Positions 35,501 to 48,716 of a stretch of DNA of 64,000 bases are shown here, one piece after another. Each line of letters opens with the position of its first letter. Position 1 is the stretch's first letter. The stretch is from NCBI GenBank assembly GCA_017499595.2, contig CM039009.1, positions 1,798,001 through 1,862,000 of the forward strand. The letters are read 5' to 3'. Below the pieces are notes generated by a model that was not told where the DNA came from, ran no database searches, and saw only the letters and a list, made by a program, of their open reading frames with translations. Made by a program: the position numbers and the translations under genes. Origin of the DNA: Psilocybe cubensis (Eukaryota).

Positions 35501-37499
35501 TGAACGGAAAGCGCGTATTCCAACATCCCCTGCCCGTCAACGTCAACTTCATGAACCGCGCCGTCTTATACAATGTACATGTTGGATGTGCTTCAAGGTG
35601 CGTCTGTACAATCCACTATAATCATTCATTCCCCTGCTTACCACAATCCTTTCACTCGTCTTCATATTGTCAGCCTTTGTTCTATGATCTCCACCTTCAT
35701 GACCATCATGGATCACACTCAGTACTCACTGTGCTGTTGCACTCGGCAGACACTGCGACGAGAGCAGTCATGACTCCAGCATGCCTGGGTGTTAGAGCCG
35801 TCGGTCTAGGTGCGTCGCTAGCATTTTCTGTGTCGTGTGGCGCCCGTGCTTCTTTTGGGGAGAGAGTGCATAGTGAACAGGAGGGTCAGCACCCGCCCAC
35901 CGTCGAGGGTTTACAACTCACCGAGGGAGGCCTGGACAGGTGCGACTTGAGCATGTCAGGGTAAAGGTCATGAGCGAGTATGGCAAGGTACGTTGTCATT
36001 GTTCTGCTTGCTGATAATATCCATCAAGTACGTAGCAATAAGAGCGGGGTCAGCACCAGTTCATTGTTGATGGGTTAGCTCACCGACCTAGTCCAATAAT
36101 GTCTACAGTATTCTCCGGTTCCAAGGGGCAATTCTAACTGGTCAGCGGGATTGGGTTGTGAGGGCGGCATGCATCGTGCTGGATTGGCTGATAATACCAA
36201 GCTGCAAAGTGACAATAGAGGGGGGGAGGGTCGTGGGCAGGTATGTCAAGATACCTCGTCATTGTTCTGCATGTTATGTGCCTGCGGCTTGCTGACAATA
36301 CCTGTGTATAAAGAGAACGGGGTCAGCACCAGCACATCGTTGAATGTTTAGCGAGGTCCTTGACCTGCGCAGTGGCAAGAACGGGGTCAGTACCAGCGCG
36401 TCGTCAAAAGAGTACAGCTCACCACCGTAACCTACTCTGCACCGTCAAAACTGTCAAGCACAGAGTACAGGTCAGCACCAACACGTCGTCGAGAGGGTAC
36501 AACACACCGTTGTAACCTATCCTCTAGCGTCAAGACTGTCAAGCACAGGTTCAGCCCTATTGCCGACAGAATACACAACTGCGCGGCTTACCGTCAAAGG
36601 GTGTTGTGTGGCTTCAATGCTCGACTATGCTGAGCCAGTGGGGTCAGTACCAGTGCGTTTCACTGTCGTAGTCCGCTTTGCCGCGTCAAGACTCTAGATC
36701 ACATTATTCATTAGCACCATCAATATCGGCAACTAGTCTCGACTCCAGACAATCCGGATATACCAGGTTTCACACGGTATTGAAATAGCTGGCGCTCGTC
36801 CCTCCTAGTATATCCAGATAAATTTCATCACATAATTTAAACTGACTAATACTCGGAGGCCACATGTGTAAGCTAGCTATCACCTATAGAGACTGGGTTC
36901 GAGTCTAATCGGCAACAGGCACAACCAAAACGACTTACCATCGAGGCGCAGGCACCATCAGAGGCCACAGACAGGGAGGAAAGGGTGCCCCTATTAGCCC
37001 CTATCCGATCTTTATCTGTACTTCTTGAAATTCCCGCTAAGAAAATTAATTGCTCTTCAGTATTTCGACAGGACAACGAATGTAGCTATAATAATTCCTC
37101 CTTGTACATAGTGTACTTGACAACTTGACAACATGATCCAATATTGCAGCGCACTTTACTTTGCCAAGCTGCATCAGGCACATCGTTCAAACCCGACCAA
37201 TAGCACACTGTACAGGAAGTACCCTCTTTGTGATAGTTCTAGGTTCCTTTTGTACATATATAAGCGACAATGGTACACGCATTTTCTACATCTTTACCAT
37301 GGCAATAGTGACGTGCTTGAAAATTCTGTATCACACCATCAAACAATGCCTTCTTCAGATCGGACAACATTATTATTCACTCATCTCAGGAACTCCTAGC
37401 ATGAGCTTCGACTCAATGAACTCTCTACCAGGAAACAACGTAAGCCATTGTCATGATAAACCGTCTCATTGTACAATATATAACTTATTCATAACGTCA

Positions 37500-38308
37500 G
37501 ATGACTGATATGGTAGTGGAAAGTGCTGCTGAAGTCAGTACCTGATCATAAGTGTTTTGTTACAAAATGAAAATCTGATTCCCTTTGTTCCGCTCTACAG
37601 CTCAGACTCGATAATCTTTTTACAATTGTTGATAATCATGCTGAGGTTGGTTCTGCTCCCTTAGTAAAGCCAATAAAGCACTAACACATTTTCATTGTCC
37701 GGCCTAGGAAATTCACGATCTACATGTTACATTACATTATCTTAAGCGTTCTGTGGACAAAGCTCGTCGAAATGTCCATGAAGTTAGTAGTCATTTTTTG
37801 GTTAGAGTTGTGATCACATCTAAGCTCTTGTATAGGTAGAAGCTCGGAATAGGGAAATTCACAGGCTGCTAATACAGGTTTATCTAACGCAACAGCGTAT
37901 TAATTTGTTCACCTACTAAAAAATCTACAGGAAGCCTACACTGCTGCTGTTCTTCGTGAACAGCTCGAGCAGAAGGAACGATGCCTCAATGCTCTTAAAT
38001 ATCTTTTGACGTGCACCATTTGCCACGACTCTGTCAAACAGCCTACCATGTGAGTGTTAATAGCAACCGTACATATATAGATGATTGGATTTTCCTCATG
38101 AATGTATTCATCAAGCAGGCTTAGTTGTGGCCACGTTTTCTGCGAAGTTTGCATTGACTTTTTGAAGAGTCACTATGACAATGCAGCCAGCAGAACGGAT
38201 GATCATAAATGCAATATCTGTCGTTCGCGGACACATATATTGGAAGGACCTACGCAATTTGTTCAAAAGGTTGAATCTGTGATTAAAATCTCCATGGAAC
38301 CAATATAA
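37500..38308 (+). CDS. Coiled-coil + RING-HC finger protein (multi-exon, start approximate)
   Basis: LTCTICHDSVKQP, intron, LSCGHVFCEVC...HKCNICR. Confidence 0.7.
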
Positions 38309-38469
38309 CCGAGATGTGAAAGGTTGGGAAACAACTTGTCCAGTGAAAGCCACTGCTACGTATGGCAGATACGAGTCCATTCTATTTTTTATTCCCATTT
38401 TATAAAATATAACAATGCTTCGTAAAACAATACACAGCTGAAGATTCGAACAGGCACCTTAATCATTAA

Positions 38470-39240
38470 AAAGACTTACGCCGTGACCTCCCACAAACGG
38501 CGTCTAGCTCTTCTTGGATACGTTTGTGCGCTTCGGGATGGCATGCGGCTGCCAATACCGTGACGCTGATCATCGACGCGTCAGGCAGCGGTTGACAGCT
38601 TGAATATTGGGATCTTCGTAAGTTTTGGCCTGTTTTGCATACGCAAGTGCCAAAACTACAGCAGCGGCATATGTGGTATATTTGCATCGGAAAGTGAATG
38701 TGTTGTTTCCATCACAATTGTGCAATAGGTGGTGGAGGAGGATGTGATATCAGTAAGAACGATATAAGATATAGCATTGTCGGATGAATGATGATTCAAA
38801 GTGTGAGACATGTCGAAAATGAGTTAATATACAATGTACGTACCGTTAAGCATGATCTTGGTGCCGGTGAGGCTCGTCTATGATGTTCATGATGTGCCCC
38901 TTTGCATTGCGCATCAACGTAGGCGCATAATTGGAAACAATCTTGGGTTGGAGGTGGGCATGAAGAGCTCTACAAACGCAATGAAACGGTAGCTTTAGAA
39001 TATCAGGTCGCAATGGACGCTCTCTGGGCATATCAACGCATCTGCGCATCTTTTTGAACCGTACCCCGGCAGGAGTCAGTAACATCAGTAACATCCTCAT
39101 TCCCCCTCCCCCCCCGAAAGCGTCTCCCCTGCAGCGATGGCTCAGCGGCCGAACCTATTGAAAGCCGGAAGAGCGTGCCCAGACAAAAACCAAACATCGT
39201 CCGGCAGGTATGCCGAGTGATCGCTAGGCAACTCACCACA
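38470..39240 (-). pseudogene. Cytochrome P450 fragments
   Basis: AAGETLSG..MRMLL..RFKKMRR-ALHAHLQPK and VLAAACHPEAHKRIQEELDAVCGR (I/J-helix region); stops and large deletions. Confidence 0.75.
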
Positions 39241-42200
39241 TGCAAAACAATGCTGAACGACTTCCGACAAGATGACATCTCCCCACAAATACTACGAAAG
39301 CTCCGTTCTTCTGATATTCTTAGGATCTGATCGACAGAGGGGATTTAACAGTGTAAATCACTGCCTTTGGGGCACTGGCGATGATGACTGCCCAGAGAAG
39401 GAGCCTGGAGGCGGTGTCGGTACTTCTAATGGTCTCGGCACCATACAACACAGTTTTCACGATGCTCACGATGTGTTCAGGCTTCAGTTTAAGATTTGAA
39501 CGTCCGGAGAACGATGCTGGGAAGAGGGTTGGTGACTGACAGTTGGCTACACGTCGACAGCTAGGGATGGTATTGAGAATAGAAGGGGAGTTTATGCCCA
39601 TGTTGCTCCGACACCATATATCGCTTTCCCGCGACCAGCCTGTTCACGCCAGGCTACTGTTTCTGCTATCATCCGACGAATCGACCACTTTTAGCTGCCT
39701 TCGGGTCGGCGAATCGAAGAACAAGATTGCACTCGAGCTGCCCTCTGGCAGGTGCATCGACCCTGGCATCAGGTACAGTCGACAGCGTCTGTAGCTCCAG
39801 CTTACGTCTACATCTGTAAAGTCTGATTTTCGGCTACAGCGTCCAGTTAGCGCAGCGCCAAGCTCGCTTAGCAACGCAGTACAGCGTGCCACCGGGGAGA
39901 CAATGTATCCCGATTCAATGTGGTGCTCGCCCGCGGGACAAACATCGACCTGTACCCCTCAGTACTCTGCACGTCGCATTATCCATCACAGGGCTGCGCT
40001 AGTACCCCCTGCCAGACGTTGGAGACGACGAGCTCGAAAGTCTCAGCTCGGCGCTGTTGTCTCTGAAACACTAACATCCTGGCGGAAGCGCCCTTATTAG
40101 GAACCCTTAAATGAGCAAGCGCAGGCTAACTGCCTGTGCCTGCAGAGCAGAGATCGCGGTAGTAGGACCTGCCGCCTGCGAGCTATAAGGGTTGAAGAGG
40201 CATACCCAAGGGACAAGGCTACACTATACGACAACAATGCCTGCTCGTGCGGTCATCTCCTCATTCCCTATGAATAGCAACCGCGGGCGCGCAATACTGG
40301 TCTCCCCACCATGGGAGGCGTCTGACGCAACTACAGACACGTCCGAAGACGAGGACACCGAAGACAGCGATGGGGGTCGGATTGTACTAGGCCACGCGTT
40401 CAGGATGCTCGTGAGACGCTTGATAGCGGAGGCACGGAGGCAGGAATCAGAGGTGGAGGTTAGACTGAGGGAAATCAACGGTCGCCTCTTCCGCGCCTAC
40501 ACCGGAATCAACACTCTAGTAGCCCGAGTTAATACGCTGTCCAGGCCTTCGCCTGCTCGCTCCAACGTCATTGTACGCGAAGCACAGACATTTCAACAGC
40601 TACGTGTAGAGGTGGAAAGACTTGCCAATCGCGTGTAATAATCTATATGTACAGACAAACAGCTTTCTTACCGTAAAAACCTGGATAAACAACAACTGGC
40701 TTGAGACCACCCGGACCAGTGAGATCAATGACCGGCAACGGTCACCACGTCACAGCTGCGAGGGAGTCGAAAGTCCCATCGGAGCACCCGAGTTGAGCAG
40801 GTCTCGGGGGCGGCCGATGGACCGACGGGCATTCCTATATTGGGACCAATAATCCGTCTACCTACCTACCTTGCATTGAGTTTGTCCCTGTTGACCAGCG
40901 CGTTTGCGGTAATCCACCTCCCGAATCCCATTGTGAGTTGCGAGTGCAACTTCCACTTCGATTTCTTTCAGGACTCAGGAGACACTGACGCTGACAACGA
41001 CACCTACACCTAGATGACACCCTCCATCTATAAGCTACACTGATTGCTCTAATCTATCACGCGTTCCTCCCACGGGCACCCCTCTCATTCCCCGCACCCT
41101 CTCTTGATTCTGACTCGGAATCGCAAATGGTCAAATGACCAGACCTTGACCTTGCACCTGTCATGTCATGGCATAGCGCAGATTCTCTTCAGAATTCTCA
41201 GCCAACTCAAGACGGTGCGTCACCCTGAACTCTGAACTCTGAATCAAGCCTGAATTTTGAAGTTTAAATCTTTGAAAAGTGATGGACGAAGACACTCATA
41301 CAGGCATCTCGATCATCTCGGGCGCGCAAAGCAACTAAGCGTACATTTCAGCTAAAGTCGTATAACGATTTCATCACCAATTCATTGGAAAGCTATTACT
41401 CTTAGAACAAGTGCATTCTAAGGCCTAATTCTGAAGCCACCGAAAATATCTGCAGAGCAGGACCGCGGAATATACAGAACTTTGTGGCACCCGTCGTTGT
41501 CATTTTCATTTTCAACTTCATATTCAGCGTCTGCGTCTGCGTGCGCGATCCACCCATTGACATCCATATCCGTCTCTGTGGCTGCCTGTCTGTCTGTCCG
41601 ATCTGTCTGCTCTGGAGCTGCGTCAAAGTCAAAATCAGAATCAAGTTGGGAATACACTGTCATATAACGTTTATATAACCCTCACACGCACGCGCACATC
41701 ACACCTTGAACGCTTCCGCATTTAATTCATATCCGAATCCCTCCCAAGTGGGAAGCAGACAAGCGCCTCCACACGGATCGTGGAAACTCGTCTGTGACAT
41801 ATTGCTATGTATGATTTCCTTCCTAGACTGTCAGACTGGGATACCCACAGCGCACAACGGTCGACGCCTCAGGCCTCGGCGCTTGATTGGATTAAATATA
41901 GTTATAGCCATAGCTATTTGGATGGTGGCTTGGGATACTCCACGGCCCGCCGCCGCCGCCGCCATCGCAAGACATGGGCATAGGCATAGGCATAGTCACT
42001 GGCATAGGCATGGGAATAATCACAGGCATACGGTTCGAAATCGGGATTGGAATTGGGATCAACCCAACTATCCGAAAACTTGTTTTTCTATTTATTTTTG
42101 GCTTTCCCATCCACAACCGACAAATGTACAAATGGAGTCGAATTCTCGACAGAATGACTTAACTGCTCCTATACTCAGTACCCCCACTCATCCTACCCAC

Positions 42201-44707
42201 CAGCGTGACGGACAGACGCAGGCGCGCCTACCCAGTCGCGAACACACCCACCACGCGCCTCCACATGCACACGCACGCACACACACACACGCGCGTCTCT
42301 TAACCTCTCCCACTCCCTTAGTCTTCCTCTGTATCTACGTCCAATTGGCAGATCCGCGCCACAGCTCGGGCGGATGCTACTTACTGCTCCACCTGTACCT
42401 GTACCTGCACCCAAAGTTGTCAGAGACAGCGGACAGCGGACGGTAGACGGTGGCACCGAACGCACACGAGGGAGGTGAGGTGCAAGCGGGTCTGCATTGG
42501 AGATGGGATGCGAATAGACCTGTGGTGGCGAACATCTGTCGTCTGCGTCTTGTGTCTTGTGCCGCGTGTCTTGTGCCTTGGCTTTAAAGTCTGGTGGCGG
42601 AACTGGTGTCTGGTGATGGGATGGTGTTTAGAGTCTGGTGTCTGGTGTTTGTGGAAAGTTTGTGATTTGACGACGATGGGATGGGATCACGATGGTATGT
42701 GATGCGACAAATACTGAATTGTGTATCCTCTTTCTCTTTCTCTTTCCCTTTCTCTCCCGTCGTGGTCCATAATTATATCTCGTCGAGCCTGACTCCTGAG
42801 TGATCGTATGCCATGCCTCTGCCCAGATTTGGGGGTGTAACCCACCGAGAGTCGTGAGTCACTGATGCTTCTAGCGCTCCACGGTCTGGATATGAATCCA
42901 GTACACGATGCTCGTGGAACCGAACTCGTGGAACGGAGGGGTGGCATGCTATTACTGGACGCACCTTGCACCTTGCAAGGCGGCTGTTAGAGCTCGGTGC
43001 TCAGCCGACGCCCTGTTTCTCGATTCATTGGAATAGTAAACTGTCCAAATGACAAGTTGGCAGGCAGCGAGAGACACGGGCAGATGAGGGGTGACTTGTA
43101 AAAGTAAGAGAATGTGTGTGTGTGTGTGTTACGTGTTGCGTGCTTTGCTGATGCCTTCATGTGGATTTCCAGGTGCACATTATCTGCGGCCTGTAAAGTT
43201 GTCAATTCAGACTGAATCATTCACACCGGGAATGTGAATCCACAATCAAAAAACGCAGATACAAGCATGTGTGTACAGGACATAAAAGCTGGATGACCGA
43301 CCAGTCAGTGTCATATATGTAATAGATGTATATACAATGAGAAAAGCATCGAGGTCGAGGACATGTTACAATGAAACAAAAATTGAAGGCGAGGAAGAGT
43401 AGACCTTCAAGCAGGAAGACGAACAATGGTGCTATAATTATATTACAAGTTCAATCTCAGTGTGCCATGAATCAGAATCCGAGTTAGCCATAAATAATAA
43501 GAAAATTCATATCCATCTTATGTTGAAGGCATTTGATTAGATATTGAAGACTTGATAGGACCCGCACGCTGAGGACTCTATGATGCAAGTGGTGGCCAGC
43601 AAGCACTCGACCATCGGGCTCACAAAATTCAGACGCGAGTAGAGTACTGGAGGAGAGCTATCAACTAAGGTTGCCTATTCAATTGAAGCGGGATTCCTGT
43701 GATGTTGAGCATTGAGAATTTAGCAGCGTTTTGAGTTGTTTGTTGTTGTTGACTAGAGGGGAGGCGTTGCTGCTCATCGTCTAGTAGGTAGGGGTAGCAA
43801 GGCGAGGGGGAAAGGCTGTCTGTTGGGTATGTCTGAGGTGTGTTTTTGATTGTTACAGAGGTGGGAAGAGGACGGTAGCCGTTGCCTTCAGCCTATCCAG
43901 CGAGCACCGTCAGTCGCCCAATTGGAAGATCATGAATTAGACAGCCTAACAGACACGGAGGACATGTTATACACAAGGCACAGGGACGAGTTACAGCTAC
44001 TTAAAACCTGTAAAACATCGGGCTCTAAGTTACCCGGACCAGGGAGATCTTCGCTCAGCGGACACGTGGGTCGATTATTCGTATCTGTGAGGGAGCGGTG
44101 AGTCCCCCCGGAGTCTCCAAGTTTCAGGGCCTTGGAGGCGGCCGGGGGACGGCAGGCATCCTTTTTAGGACTCACCGTGTCAGCGGGATTTGGGAATAGT
44201 CCAGTGTATCCCTTGCAGTGACTGAGCCGGGCGGGGAATCCACTTCCAAGGTGTGTCGGTAAAGCATATAGCAAATGTAGTAAAGAGGGAGAAACTAGGG
44301 TATACTTGGCGAAGGCGGTTCATTCTGGGTACCCTCGTGCGCAGTACTTCCAACTCAATTCTGTCATATATCGGAGAAGAGTCACTTGATAATTGAGCGA
44401 TACACAATAGCGTAAGTGACATATAAGATAATAATTTTCAAGATCACTACTACTATGTAAGTACTGTACATATACCGGCGGAGTCACTGTTAGCAACCTT
44501 AAGATGTCGAAAATATCAAGATATAAAGCAAGGTGAACGTAGTAATGACAAAGGGAATGAAAGAGGCAAGCCTTTGCTCAGTCTTTGATGCCACCTTTGA
44601 AAGGGTATCAAAGTATCGGTTTAATTTTGCTATATCAGCAGCGCGTCGACGGTTGGATTCAGTTTGAAAGGCCTATAAGTGTAATTAGCATGTTACCGGT
44701 AGGAAAT

Positions 44708-45163
44708 TCATAACAACACACTGACCTGATAGATTTTCATATCGGTGCGAAGTTTCTCGAGCTCGTCCATTATGGAGTGTTGATTCTGCCGTAAATATGA
44801 TGCCTCTTCACAATTTCGTTGAGAATGTGAATTTATGGCAAGTTGTTGCTCGTTCTGATGATCTTTGATGGAGCGAAGGGCGCTTCGAAACCTTTTGCTC
44901 ATACGACGAATGTTTGAAATGTCAGAAATGATCTTCTCGCACCCCATAATCAAGAATACAATTTTTCTCCTGGAATCGTCAATGTCATTCCTGGCCTGGA
45001 AAAGTTCAATAATTATGGATTGCAAGCGTTGTTCCAGCTTGAACGCCTCCGTTCTTTCAAGAAAGTATTCGATGTGCCTGGTATGATGCGAATTGTTTTC
45101 ATTTTGTTGAACATTTTCATTCCTAATGCCACTCCTGCCACGAAATAGTATCATTGGCCCCAC
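44708..45163 (-). CDS. Coiled-coil protein exon, unknown function
   Basis: Heptad-rich ORF ending at a GT donor. Confidence 0.4.
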   Translation of the reverse strand: MGPMILFRGRSGIRNENVQQNENNSHHTRHIEYFLERTEAFKLEQRLQSIIIELFQARNDIDDSRRKIVFLIMGCEKIISDISNIRRMSKRFRSALRSIKDHQNEQQLAINSHSQRNCEEASYLRQNQHSIMDELEKLRTDMKIYQVSVLL

Positions 45164-45965
45164 CTGTTACTCGGGAATAATTAGCTCATTGAGCTACTAT
45201 GCAGCGGTATGTATTGCGGACCATAGTTAAATTCCTATCAATATATTGTTTCTGGTCACTAGAGTTGATGTCTTCATCTTGTGGGGAGTTGCTTGGAGAT
45301 AATATAATGGGTTTAACAACCCCGGAAGTCGGGATGTTGCTTGCATACTTGAAGGTGGTGGTGGCTTCAGCATGACGCTCTAAAAGAAGATGGAACCTGA
45401 TGATGAGCTTACATTCCTGTCAGTCAGCATTGTGTATGCGCTCTTGCTGAATTTTCTGTGATATATGACTTGAAAGCAATGAAATGATGGGAGATACTGA
45501 GGGATGGAAGTTGCATAAGTTTCTTTATTATAGCAATTGCCAGAGTCGCTTAAGAGAGCGAATAAACTTGTTGGGTTGATACAAAGAACAAGGAAGTACC
45601 AATATGGCAATTGCAACGCAAGTCAATCGGAAAACGTTTAGAATTCAAAGTTTCTAATTCAAGGTTACCAAAAAGACTCCAGTTTCCATATATAGTTGGG
45701 AACAAGGTCACCATTGTGGCATCAAAGCAATCGTATCCAGCGCAAAAACGAGTACAGTCAAATTAGTCGAATATAGCTTCAGAAATGTACGATAGTTAAC
45801 GTTCTCATGGTTGCACAATAAACGTTCTCATGGTTGCACACTTAGTACATCACGACGATCGATTATGGATAGTGATTACCTCAAAAGTACGTACCCTTGG
45901 GCCTTTTTATACTGTTTACGCAGCTAAAGTTCAACACCATAAATCATTCCTCTGCCCCATCCCAC

Positions 45966-47100
45966 ATGTCTGCTCTATATCTTGAACGAAAGCGTCATTA
46001 TGAGCAGTACAAAGCACGACAAAGGAACTCAAATTACGCTGAATACAAAGTAAGGGTAGTCTCAGCTGTCATGAATCATACCATTAAAAACTAATAAAAT
46101 TGACAAGACTGCACAGACAAGCCATCATGCCAGCCAAACAATGGTTGAAGTGACAACTGTAAAGTCTAATCATTCTGGGACTCAAATCGGGAATCAGAAG
46201 CTTAGGGAGGTAAGTATCTTTTTTGTCCCACGGACTGAGGCTCACACATGACTTACTGACATCAAAAGGAAACCAAAGAACTAGCTAAACAGAACCGGGA
46301 GCTCCAGAGAAGGCTGGACCATGCTAATCTGGAACAGGAGCTTATGTGCCAGGTAAGCTCGACGTAGTAAAATCAATGTGTGCTCTGGAAAGCCCAATAA
46401 CTTGCTTCATTTTCGATCAACCAGCGGAATACAGAGCTTAATAATAGAATCCTTGAACTAGAGAAATTAGAGCAAGTGCAAGAAACATTGAAAGCTGTGA
46501 GTTCCCAAGTTGATTCCAGAGCTTAAAATTCACACTCTTCTAACAAAAGACCAATATTGTGGCTGGTAAAACCATCGAAGAACTTCAGTGTAGCATTGCG
46601 GATGTAAATCATCGGTACGATGATCTACACAATTGCTTAACAGAGATGGCGATTTGCTCCATATGCTGGTCTTATATGGTGCACCCTGCAATGTAAGCCC
46701 GTACCAAACAAAAAAATCCTGGTAGTTGAATTATCTTAATAGACTCTCATGCGGGCATATATTTTGCGCGGCGTGTCTCGGAAAGGTCAAAGAATTAAAT
46801 GACTACATCTGGGAAAGTGACCACAAATGTGGTATTTGTCGTGAGCGCGGGCCCATACTGGACGGACCCACTCGATTCGTTCGCCAAGTATTCTGGTTGG
46901 TTCTTCCCAGGAATGAACCATCACCGGCACCTTTAGAGAACCAAGACAATGGGGAGGAACATGATAGAGTACTTCAGACAGGAGGCACGGACAGTTTAGA
47001 TGAAGTGGATAATCCGAGTCATGATTATGGCGGGATCGAAGACGACCAGAGTCTTGCAGGATCAGACGATTCAAACGACGATGAATATGAGTCTGCTTAA
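45966..47100 (+). CDS. Coiled-coil + RING-HC finger protein with acidic tail (multi-exon)
   Basis: MAICSICWSYMVHPA, intron, LSCGHIFCAAC...HKCGICR..ILDGPTRFV; paralogue of the 37.5-38.3 kb gene. Confidence 0.75.
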
Positions 47101-47771
47101 TCGTTGACATTGAAGCTAAAGGGTTCTGGACATTGTCTTAGTTCAATATAATTTGCGTCCCGTCGGTCGCCAATTAAACTTAAGACTAGAACTCAATATT
47201 TTTGTAGTCTACATCCATTTATTATTACATACCAATTAGTAAAGCTGATACTTATGGAAGAACTCTTCGTCAGTCACATCTACGTATAGACGTAGCGAAA
47301 ATATAATGCACCGATTAGTAAGTCTTCCTCTAGTTCAAACGGATCAAGCAGGGTTCAAACACGCTGTACGATTCAGGTCGTAACCTCTGACGTGATGTTA
47401 AAATGGTACCTTCGTTCACCCTTGCAGATCGATGAATCTCTAATGTTGAGATGCTAGTATAATGAAAATCGTAGAATATTGAGTCATTTAGATATGTCAT
47501 TGTGGTATTTTCAACAAAGGTGAAAACCATATCAGGACACCAGATCTCTATAAATCAAGCTGCGTGGATCTATCCCACGCATACAAGGGGGAACCCACTG
47601 TAGCTCAAACCAAGACTTGTTGATCTGACAGATATTTAAAGACACCAGGACATCATTCTGCCATAGATTCAGGAAACCACCGGGAAAGAGGTAAATTAAC
47701 TACCCAGTCACAGTCAACCTCTAAATTTAATGTCAAACCCGACAATTAGAACACCGTTACTATAGAGCGCC

Positions 47772-48716
47772 ATGGAGTATAACAAACGCAAGTCATCCCT
47801 GGTTGTTATTGAGTGGAAGGATGCAACCCAGAGCAATAACAAAGGAGAGAGCCAAACCAAACCACCCCGTCGAAAAAAGCCTGCAAATCACATTCCGCGC
47901 CCACAAAACGCATTCATCTTATTTCGATCCGAGTGTATTCGACAGAAGATGATCCCGAAGTCAGTAGAGAAAGACTATCGTAATTTATCACGCATATGCG
48001 GGAAGGTGTGGAAACAAATGTCTGCAGATGAAAGGGAACCGTGGTTTCGTATGGCAGACCAGGAGAAGATCAGTCATTCAATTAAATATCCGAACTATAA
48101 GTTTCAGCCTATACCCCGTAATGTTCGAGTAGCATTATTGCCAAGCTTGAAGCCAGGAGAGACGATTGTCGACTTCGACAGTGACGAACCTGACTTGGAC
48201 GAGCCTCGCATGGACAAGCCTTGTATAGGGAATATATATATGGACGACACTTTCATGAACGACCTTTACATGCACGATACTTTCATGAACGACCTTTACA
48301 TGCACGATACTTTTATGGACGACCTATCCATAGACGACACTTTCATGGACGAGCTTTGTGACATGGGCAAGCTTTACATGGACAATACTTTCACAGAAGA
48401 GCCTTATACTGATGAGCCTTGTATGAGCAAGGTTTACATCGACGGACCTTGTATGGGCGAGGTTTACCTGGATGAGACTTGCGTAGACGAGTCACACATC
48501 ATCAATGAGCCTTGCGTGTGCGAGCCTTACACCAATGAACCTTGCGTGGGCGAGCCTTACATTGACGAACCTTACATGGGAAAATCTTACACGGAAGACG
48601 AATTTTCCGCCATGGACTGGATAGCCGTTATGGAAGCAGCTTCTTTGCAGTACGTACATAATATTAATTTCCTGTGGTATCAGTATCCCGACCTCATACT
48701 TACTACAATTATATAG
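47772..48716 (+). CDS. HMG-box protein (MATA/Rox1-type) with repetitive acidic C-terminus
   Basis: HIPRPQNAFILFRS...LSRICGKVWKQMS..EREPWFRMADQEK..H..KYPNYKFQP. Confidence 0.9.
   Translation: MEYNKRKSSLVVIEWKDATQSNNKGESQTKPPRRKKPANHIPRPQNAFILFRSECIRQKMIPKSVEKDYRNLSRICGKVWKQMSADEREPWFRMADQEKISHSIKYPNYKFQPIPRNVRVALLPSLKPGETIVDFDSDEPDLDEPRMDKPCIGNIYMDDTFMNDLYMHDTFMNDLYMHDTFMDDLSIDDTFMDELCDMGKLYMDNTFTEEPYTDEPCMSKVYIDGPCMGEVYLDETCVDESHIINEPCVCEPYTNEPCVGEPYIDEPYMGKSYTEDEFSAMDWIAVMEAASLQYVHNINFLWYQYPDLILTTII

Noticed and set aside
41400-42970. ORFs in the 41-43 kb region
   Set aside because: Built from microsatellite-like runs (GGCATA, CA, GTCT); no domain evidence.
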